A stretch of 64,000 nucleotides of DNA from the human T2T-CHM13v2.0 reference genome, Homo sapiens, in NCBI RefSeq assembly GCF_009914755.1, contig NC_060932.1, one strand, 5' to 3'. The first letter of the stretch is position 1. Every line of letters starts with the position of its first letter. Positions 55,130 to 64,000 of the stretch are shown here, piece by piece. Position numbers and translations under genes: made by a program. The notes under the pieces were generated by a model that saw only the letters and a program-made list of their open reading frames with translations, was not told where the DNA came from and did no database searches.

Positions 55130-58100
55130 CACTTGTATTTAACATATTACTGGGAAATTTAGCCAGATCAATTAGGCAAAAAATAAAATAAAAATAAAAA
55201 TAAAAATAAAAGACATTAGAATTGGAAAGGAATGTGTGAAATTTTCTTACACATTATAGTAATGTTCTAGATGACATAATCATAGATACAGAAAAACCTA
55301 TAAATTCCACTAAAACCTCTTAGAACTAATAAATGAATTCAGTAAATTTGCAGGATACAAAATTAACATACAAACATTAGTAGCATTTTTGTACACTAAA
55401 AATGAACTATCAAAAAAGAAATGAAGAAAACAATCCCATTTGCAATAGCTACCACATAATAAAATACTTAAGAAGAAATTTAACAAGGGAGATGAAAAAT
55501 CTGCACACTGAAAACTATACAACAATGATAAAAGAGAAGATGACACAAACAAATAGAAAGATAACCAGATAACCAGATTCACGAGTTGGAAGAATTAATA
55601 TTGTTAAAATGTTCATATGACTCAAAACAATCTAAAAATTCATTACAATCTCTATCAAATTTCCAATGACATACATTATAGAAGTGGAAAAAAAAACTAT
55701 CTTAAAATTTGTATAACACCACAAAAGGCCCCAATTAGCTAAAGCAATCTTTGGCAAAAAGAACAAAGCTGTAGACATCACAATACCTGATTTAAAATCT
55801 ACTACAAAACTATAGTAATCAATGCAGCATGGCACTGACATAAAAACAGACATATAGGCCAATGGAACAGAATAGAGATCTCAAAAATATATCCATGCAT
55901 TTATGGTCAATTTATCTTTCAAAAAGATGCTAAAAACACACAATAGTGAAAGAACAGTCTCTGCAACGAACATGGCATTCAAAGTGGATATCCATATGCT
56001 GAGATATGTAAGTATACCCTTACCTCATACAATACTCAAATATCAACTCAAAATTAAATGAAGACTTAAACATAAGACCTGTAACTGTAAAACTACTGGA
56101 AGAAAACATAGGGGGAAAGTTCCATGACTTTGGTCTAGGCAAATACCTTTTGGATACAACTCCAAAAACAGAGGCAACAAAAACAAAAATAGACAAATGG
56201 CATTACATCAAACAAAATCTTCTACATAGCAAAGGAATCAATCAACACAGTAAAGAGACAAATTATGAATGGGAGAATATATTTGCAAGCCATACATCTG
56301 ATAAGGGGCTAATATACAAAATACAAAAGAAAATTTAAAAAACTCAATAGTTAAAAAAAAAACCTGATTTTAAAATGGGCAAAATACCTGGATATATATT
56401 TCTTTTAAAAAAAGACATATAAATTGCCAATAAGTATATGGAAAAATGCTCAACATTACTCATCATCAGAGAAAAGCAAATAAAAACCAAAATGATATGT
56501 CACCTCATGCCTATCAACGTAGCTATTATCAAAACAAAAAAGATAGCAAGTATTGTCAGGAATGTGGACAAAAGAGAATCTTTGTAAAGTACACTGTTGG
56601 TGGGAATGTAAATTAGTACAGCCATTATAAAAAACTGTATGGAATTTCCTCAAAAAAAGTGAAAATAGAACTCTTGTATGATCCAGCAATCCTACTTCTG
56701 GGTATACACATACAAAGGAGTTGAAATCAGTATGCCAAAGAGTTATCTGCACTCCCATGTTTATTACAGCAGTATTCACATTAGCCAACATATAAAAGTA
56801 ACATAAGTGTCCATCAGGGGATGAATAGATAAAGATAATTTGGTATATATATACAATGGAATACTACTTATTGTTTAAAAGTAAGGAAATCTTGCCATTT
56901 GTAACAAAATGGATGAACCTGGAGGACATTATGTTAAGTGAAATAAGCCAGGTGCAGAAAGACAAGCACCACATGATCTCACATGTGGAGTGTAAAAGAG
57001 TTAAAATAGAAACAGAGAGTAAAATGGTGGTTACTAGAGACCGACCATAAGTTGGGAATTGGGGAGATGTTGGTCAAAATACAGAAAATTTCAGTTAGAC
57101 ACGAGGAGTAACTTCAGGAGATCTATTACATGTCATGATGACTGCAGCTAGTAACGATGTGTTGTATACTTGAAAATTGCTAAGATAATAGATTTTAAGT
57201 GCTCTCACCACAAAATAAGAATAATAAGTATGTGAGGTAATGCATGTGTTAAATAGCTTGATTTAGCCATTCCACAATGTACAAATACATCAAAACATTG
57301 TGTCATATCATAAATATATATTATATTTACTTTTTAATTAAAAAACAAAAAATAAAATGAAACATTATACATAGTGTCAAATGTTTAACTTTTAAAATAG
57401 TAAGCATTTTATTTAAAGTATAATAAAGCAAATATGGCAAACTTTTCCTTTTTTATTAGAATACTCAACCAGAATTCTGAGCATAACAGCAAAGGCATAA
57501 ACGTTATGAAAAATAACAAAAGTCTTTTCGAAATAAAATAGGAATTCCTTCATTCTCCCTCACAATCCTCAAATTATGCATAAATTTAAACAAACAGAAA
57601 CAACAACAAAACCTACTCAAATTCCCTATCTGGAATTAATTATTTAGCCATCATCATCTATTGTTCTTAAATGAGCAAACACAGCAGGAAGGCACTAAAG
57701 CAAGAATGATAATTAACTTCAGAAATCACAAATACCTACTAAGTTCAATAGTTATTACTATGCAAGGTCACTTCCAAATGAAGTCCAGAAAAACTGAAGC
57801 CTGACGAACATAGGTTGAAGAAATGCATGCACTTCATTTGGAGTTTTCACAGTAACATGTATCCCCAGGTTGGAAATCTAATTTTATGATTCAGTCAATC
57901 CTTTTTAAGATTGTTTGTTTTGGAAAATAAAACTAACGAAAATCATTCTTCTTGTAGCTAGTATATCTACATTTATTAAAATGATTTAAGGTTTTGTAAT
58001 AATTATTTTTAGGTAAATTTTGTTTAAAATGCTATTATTGTTTTATGTTTTGTTAATGCAATCTAAATATTTAATAATTTGTTAGGATGAGAATTTATAT

Positions 58101-58269
58101 TGTAATAATAATTGTGTATGTCTAAATTCCTGGAAAGCATTATTTGAGATACTATTATTTGTATAGCAATCAATTGCAAAAATCAAAATATATAGAATGT
58201 AACTTGGAGAGGAACTCACCAAATGTGAGGTAAATAGAGCATTTAAATAAATAAATACAGTAAGGTATT

Positions 58270-59150
58270 TTGAGCCATTGAATAAAATAATGCATGAGTC
58301 CATACTGATGTAGTCAAGTAAATAAAGATATAGAAAGAAAGTTCTTCATTATAATAAAATGCAAAATACTGAAGAAATTATGGAATTTTTTAAATTGCCA
58401 TTTGATAATCACCATAGAAACAGTAGGTTCAGGCAGAAAAACAAATAATTGGTACTAAAACATTTGGTTAGAAATAAAATGTTTTGCCAGGCACAGTGGC
58501 TTGCACTTGTAATCACAACTACTCTGGAGGCTGAGGTGGAAGATCTCTTGAGCCCAGGAGTTTGAAGCTGCTGTGAGCTATGTTAATGCCACTGATCCCC
58601 AGCCTGGGTGACAGAGAAAGTCCTTGTCTCTAAGAAAAATAAAATAAAAAATGTTTTAAAAAATGAAATAAGATAATTACAGAGTCTTAAATTGTCTCCC
58701 TCCAAGGTACTTTTATCTGCAGAGAAAAAAAAATAGTAAATTTACAGTTGAGACATGTAATGGTCATTACCTTAGTAATTGAAGTTCATATCACCAGTAA
58801 AGAAAAAAAATACCCTATAATATGGTTGATATATAATGCAGATGTATCTGTTATTCTTGCTGTAAATGTTAACCAAAATTTTATTATGTGGAAATACCAC
58901 AAATGACAAGGTCATCAAAGACAAAAAAAAAAAAAATACTTATGAGGATGCTCCCAATTACAGTTTACTAACACAAACCATGACATCAATGCCATGAAAA
59001 TTCATAATTAGATCTTAGGCTAGGAAATATTATTTTATTTTGCTGTAAAAGATTTTACAGGAATAGTTTGTGAATTATAAGTTCTGCAGACTAGCTTATA
59101 GTATTTTTCAATCCAAATAAACATGTTAATATTTATTTCGAAGAATTTTA
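58270..59150 (+). mobile_element. L1MC/ME 3'UTR fragments
   Basis: CATGAGTCCATACTGAT...TTGCCATTTG...AATCACCATAG; AATTTACAGTTGAGA...CAAGGTCATCAAAGACA. Confidence 0.55.
58486..58650 (+). mobile_element. Free right Alu monomer (FRAM/FAM-like)
   Basis: GCCAGGCACAGTGGCTTGCACTTGTAATC...GAGCCCAGGAGTTTGAAGCTGCTGTGAGCTATG; AAAATGTTTT on both sides. Confidence 0.8.
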
Positions 59151-59309
59151 AATATATTGAGAAATAAATTACATAAGTAGTTGGCAAGATTATCAAAAGT
59201 ATTCTAAAGAGGAAGATAGAGAAGAACAGAGAGATGGAGAATGGGAAAGAAAAAGTGAGAAAGAAACAAAGAATAATAAAGGATAGCACATTACAAAGCA
59301 TTAACATTA

Positions 59310-60230
59310 GTGGAATTTGGCCTGATTCTAGGACTGGAGCAGAAAATACATAAGTTTAAATCATCTTGTAGTGCCAGAATATGAGGAAAATGTTTTTTTT
59401 TTTCCTATAAAATAGCAACAACAAGTGTTAATGGATATGTCAAAGGGGATCAGGACTCAAATGCAAAAGATTTCAATGACCAAAGCTGGAAGAATTTGAA
59501 TAATAAAATAAAGTAGTCCCAGATTACAACCCAAAGTCTAAAAGAAATATCCATTAATCCATAGTGACATAATCAAATTACTGAACAGGTAAATAAATGG
59601 GGGAGAAGTGAGACATCTTCCCCTGTAGAATTTCAAATAATTTGTATGAATACTGCACCTTAAGTAGTTAAAGCATAACCTTCCACTCCTTAAGTGTGGA
59701 TTGGGTCTGGTGACCTCCTTCCAAAGACCATAATATTGAAAGGGGGGCTAAAACTTTAACAAACGATGATTCTTGCAGTGGAGAAATCTGACAAATACTA
59801 TGTCAGCCAGGTGATAAGTTCAACATCAATAGTGACATATCATGTTGATAGCATGTACTCCTGATATGATATGCTAAAAATGGCATGTTACCTCCGTGAT
59901 TTTCCTCCTCAAAACACATTACCCCAAGCTAATTATGGAAAAAATATCAAAGAAATCCTAATCGAAGGACATTCTACAAAATACCTGACCATTAATCCTT
60001 AAAATGGTCAAGGTCATCAAAGACAAGGGAAGTCTGGAAATCTATCACAGCTGAGGGGAGCCTAAAGAGACATGACCAATAGATGTAAGGTGTTTTCGTG
60101 GATGGGATTCTGAAAAAGAAAAAAGACACTGAATATAAACTAAATACATTTGAATAAAGGAGGCTTCACTTAGTAATGTGTCAGTACTGGTTTATTAATT
60201 GTAACAAATGCAGCATACTATTGTGTGTGT
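59310..60230 (+). mobile_element. L1MC3/MD-like 3'UTR fragment
   Basis: GATTCTAGGACTGG...CAGTGGAGAAATCTGACAAATACTA...GGACATTCTACAAAATACCTGACCA...TAATTGTAACAAATG. Confidence 0.75.
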
Positions 60231-61711
60231 ATATATAAAAATTATACATATGTGTATATTATATATAATTTTTGTAATTGAGTGTTTGTTATTGGCTAAG
60301 TAGGTATCCAAACTTAGATCTCAAGAAGAATCACAAAATAGGAGTGTTAAGCAGAGCAATAGACAAAACAAAATGAACAAATTCTGGAAATAGAAACTCA
60401 AGATTGTTATACAACATTTTCCTACTACTAAGATACTAGAAAAATTTTATTTTACTGTTAATTTCAGGAGTTTTTTTGAGAAAGACCAAAAAAGCATGTC
60501 TAGGTTCAACACAAACTAATTGCATTTCAAAACTACTAAACTTAAATGTGAACAAGTATTTTTTTAATATAGAGAAAATATGTTAATTCACTTTAAACCT
60601 GAGTCATTGTTTCTAAGTCACGTCAATTTTTATCCATTTAAAAAAAATTCTTGCCTATGCCTTTGCTTATTCAAATCCTTGACATGCTTTTGAAGAAGTA
60701 TTTATTGGAAGCATAATGGAAGAGCTAGTAGAATCTGAATTATTAGTTGCAAATAGCAAAAATGAAATCAGGCAAAAAATGAATTCATAAAGGATACTGT
60801 TGATTTTCACATTTCAAAACTTCTGGGTGGGACAAATAATCAGATTCGGATACAACACAGAAATAGAATTTGCCTGAGACATTGCTGCTACAATTGGGCA
60901 TAGACACTAGCTCACCCATTAACACCAATGACAACAGACCCTGAACACTACTCCTACAACTATTTCTACTACTGACCATAGAAAAGGGATGAAATCATTA
61001 TTACTATAATCATGAAGATTAGAGTAGACTGCATTATCCTTGCTTCTTTTTTGTATGTATTGCAGATTCATAATTTGGATTGGTCCGTTGATTGGAAGAT
61101 AAGGTTACATGTCACAGAATTCAAAACAGGAAAAAAATGACTCAAAGACCTTCTTTTCAGCATTATAATAAATAGTGGCTGGCAAAAATCTCTGAACTTA
61201 GAAAGTGGGTTCAGATGTTAGGCAGCCACCTGTGTTTACCGCATAAGCTACCAAACAACAATTTTATACAACAGACTTTCGGTCAATGGGGAACTGACAG
61301 GCTTTATGCAAGACAATAAGAAAATTAAATTTTAGAAATAAACTATGGTTGCAAAGGAGAAACTGGATTGTAGATCATAAGATCAGTTAGAAACCCATTG
61401 CAAAGGTCTGCTCAAGTATATTTTTTTCAGGAAAACACATTTTTCTCCTCACAACCCTTTTTAAATGTTATTCTAGTGTCTTCATTTGCATAGAGTGGTA
61501 GAGAAGACATGGAATACTATTTTTGTTCTCTTTCTTTCTTAAAGACATTTTATTTGGCTCCATTTGATTTTCAGTCAAGAAACTTAAAAATTGTTTGTTC
61601 TTAGAAATAGAAATATAATTGCAATGTATCTAAATGACTGCTTGATTTCTAAACTCATTTTTTAATTCATGGCCCTTATTTTCAATTTTTAAGAAACTTT
61701 AAAATAATTTT

Positions 61712-64000
61712 ACCTAACCAGAGCAATTAAGCAAGAGAAGGTAATAGAGTTCATCTAAATTGGAAAGGAGGGTATCAAACTGCCCCTATTTACAGAAGAC
61801 ATAAACTTACTTCTAGGAAAACCTACAGACTCTACCAAAAAATTCTTAGAAATGCTAAACAAATTCAGTAAAGTTGTAGCATAAAAAAATCAACATACAA
61901 AATTGATAGTGTTTCTATTCAGGAACAACAAGCTAGCTGAAAAAGAAACCAAGAAGGCAATCTCATTTACAGTAGCGAAACAAACAAACAAAAACACCTA
62001 TAAATAAATTTAATCACAGAGGTGAAAGACCTCTATAAGGAAAACTAAAAAACACTGATGAAGTAAATTGGATAAAGGATACAAATGGAAAGACATTGCA
62101 TGCTCATGGATGGGAAGAATTAATATTCTTAAAATGACAATACTATCCAATGCAATCAACAGAGTCAATGAAGAAAAAAATCTAAAATTTGTAATCTAGC
62201 CATAAAACAACCTCTAATAGCCAAAGCAATCCTGAACAAAAAGAACAAAGCTGGAGGCACTGCACTACCAGACCTCAAAATATACTGCAAAAATATAGTA
62301 ACCAAAAGAGCATGAACTAGCATGAAAACAGATACATAGACCAATTTAACAGAATGGAGAACTCAGGAATTAATCAATGTATCTACAGCCAACTAATTTT
62401 TGACAAAGGTGCCAAGAATACTCATTGGGGAAAGGACAGTCTCTTTAATAAATGGTGCTGATAAACATGGATATTCATATGCAGAGAGTGAAACTAGACA
62501 CCCACCTCTCACCTTATAGGAAAATCAAAATGGATCAAAGATCTAAATATAAGACTCAAAGCTACAAAACTACTAGAAGAAAACATGAGGGTTACACTTT
62601 AGGACATTGACCTGCAAAAAGATTTTATGAATAAGACCTCAAAAGCACAGGCAACAAGACAAAAATAGATGGAATTATAGCAAACTACAAAGATTCTGCA
62701 CAACAAAGGAAACAATCAACAGAGTGAAAGGACAAGCTACATACAGAGTGGGAGAAAAGATTAACCAACTACTCACATGACAGGGGATTAATACCCAGAA
62801 CATATAAGGAACTCACACATCTCAACAGTAAGCAAAACAAATAAGTTGATTTAAAAATGATCAAATGGTCTGAACAGATATTTCTCAAAAGAAGACATCC
62901 AATGGCCAACAGATATATGAAAAAATGCTCAACATTGTTAATTATCAGGGAAAGGCAAATTGAAATCACAATGAGGTATCTTCTCATCTTAGTTACCATG
63001 GCTATTATCCAAAAGATAAAAATTAACAAATGCTGGTGAGAATGTGGAGAAAAGGGAACACTTATACACCCTTGGTGAGAATGTAAAATAGCATAATACA
63101 ACCATTATGGAGAGCAATATGGAGGTTCCTCAAAAAAACTACAAATAGAACTACCATATGGTCTAGCAGTCCTACTACCAGGCTGATATGGTTGGGATCT
63201 GTGTCCCTGCCCAAATCTCATATTGAATTTTAATCCCCAGTCTTGGAGGTGGGGCCTGGTGGGAGGTGATTAGATCATTAAAGTGGATCCTTCATGAATG
63301 GTTTAGCACCATCCTCTTGGTGCTATTCTTGTGACAGTGAATTCTAATGAGATCTGGTCTTTTAAAAGTGTGTGGAAACTCCCCTCCCCTCACTCCTGAT
63401 TACACCATGTGAGATGCCTCACTTCTTCCTCGCCATGCACCATGATTGTAAGCTTCTTGAGGTCTCCACAAAAGCAGAAGCTGTCATGATTCCTCTACAG
63501 CCTATGGAACGTGAACCACTTAAACCTCTTTTCTTTATAAATTACCCAGTATCAAGTATTTATAACTATGTGAGCATGGACTAATACACAGGCATTTATC
63601 CAAATGAAAGGAAATCATTATATTGAGGAGACATCTGCATGCCCATGTATATTGCGGCACTGTTCACAATAGCCAAGATCTTAAATCAACCTAGTTGTCT
63701 AACAATAGATGAATGGATTTTTAAAAGGTGGTATATATGCAAAATGGAACACTATTCATCCATAAAATAATGAAATCCTGTAATTCATGTCAACATTATG
63801 GAACTGGAGGACATTATGTTAAGTGAAATGAGCCAGAAACAAAGGAATACTGCATGGTCTCACTCATATATGCAATCTAACAAAAGATCTCATAGAAGTA
63901 GAAAGTAGAACAGAGGATATGTGGGAAGGTTAAGAAGAGAGTAGGTAGAGAGACATTTGTTAAAGAATACAAAATTACAGCTAGATAGGAGGAATAAGTT
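61712..64000 (+). mobile_element. L1MA3-like, 5'-truncated, runs off window end
   Basis: Decayed ORF2 from CCAGAGCAATTAAGCAAGAGAA; 3'UTR TTTGTTAAAGAATACAAAATTACAGCTAGATAGGAGGAATAAGTT. Confidence 0.85.
63184..63588 (+). mobile_element. MSTA solo LTR inserted in L1
   Basis: TGATATGGTTGGGATCTGTGTCCC...GGACTAATACA; perfect TSD CAGGC (63179-63183 and 63589-63593). Confidence 0.95.

Overview
This window is AT-rich primate (human-like) non-coding DNA, dominated by decayed and nested transposable elements. I recognise no host protein-coding exon, rRNA, tRNA or CRISPR array. Every long ORF in the track derives from L1, MaLR or Alu sequence, or is a chance ORF. The main contents are: a THE1 element nested against an ERV3-16A3/LTR16 ERVL remnant; a young 5'-inverted (twin-primed) L1PA3-like copy; a complete two-LTR LTR8/HUERS-P1 provirus with a tRNA-Pro PBS; a MER52 solo LTR; a near full-length old L1MA; several further L1, MST, MLT2, L2, MIR, MER5, MER58 and Alu copies; and a retrocopy of the neuronal BC200 RNA. 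The least expected observations are a 178-bp inverted copy of the old L1's own 5'UTR pasted into its ORF1, the BC200 retrocopy, an AluYi6 with perfect TSDs, an L1/Alu fusion junction and a tandem duplication carrying two consensus splice donors. I found no evidence for a new biological system. Subfamily names come from recalled consensus sequences, not from a database search, and the boundaries of old elements are approximate.
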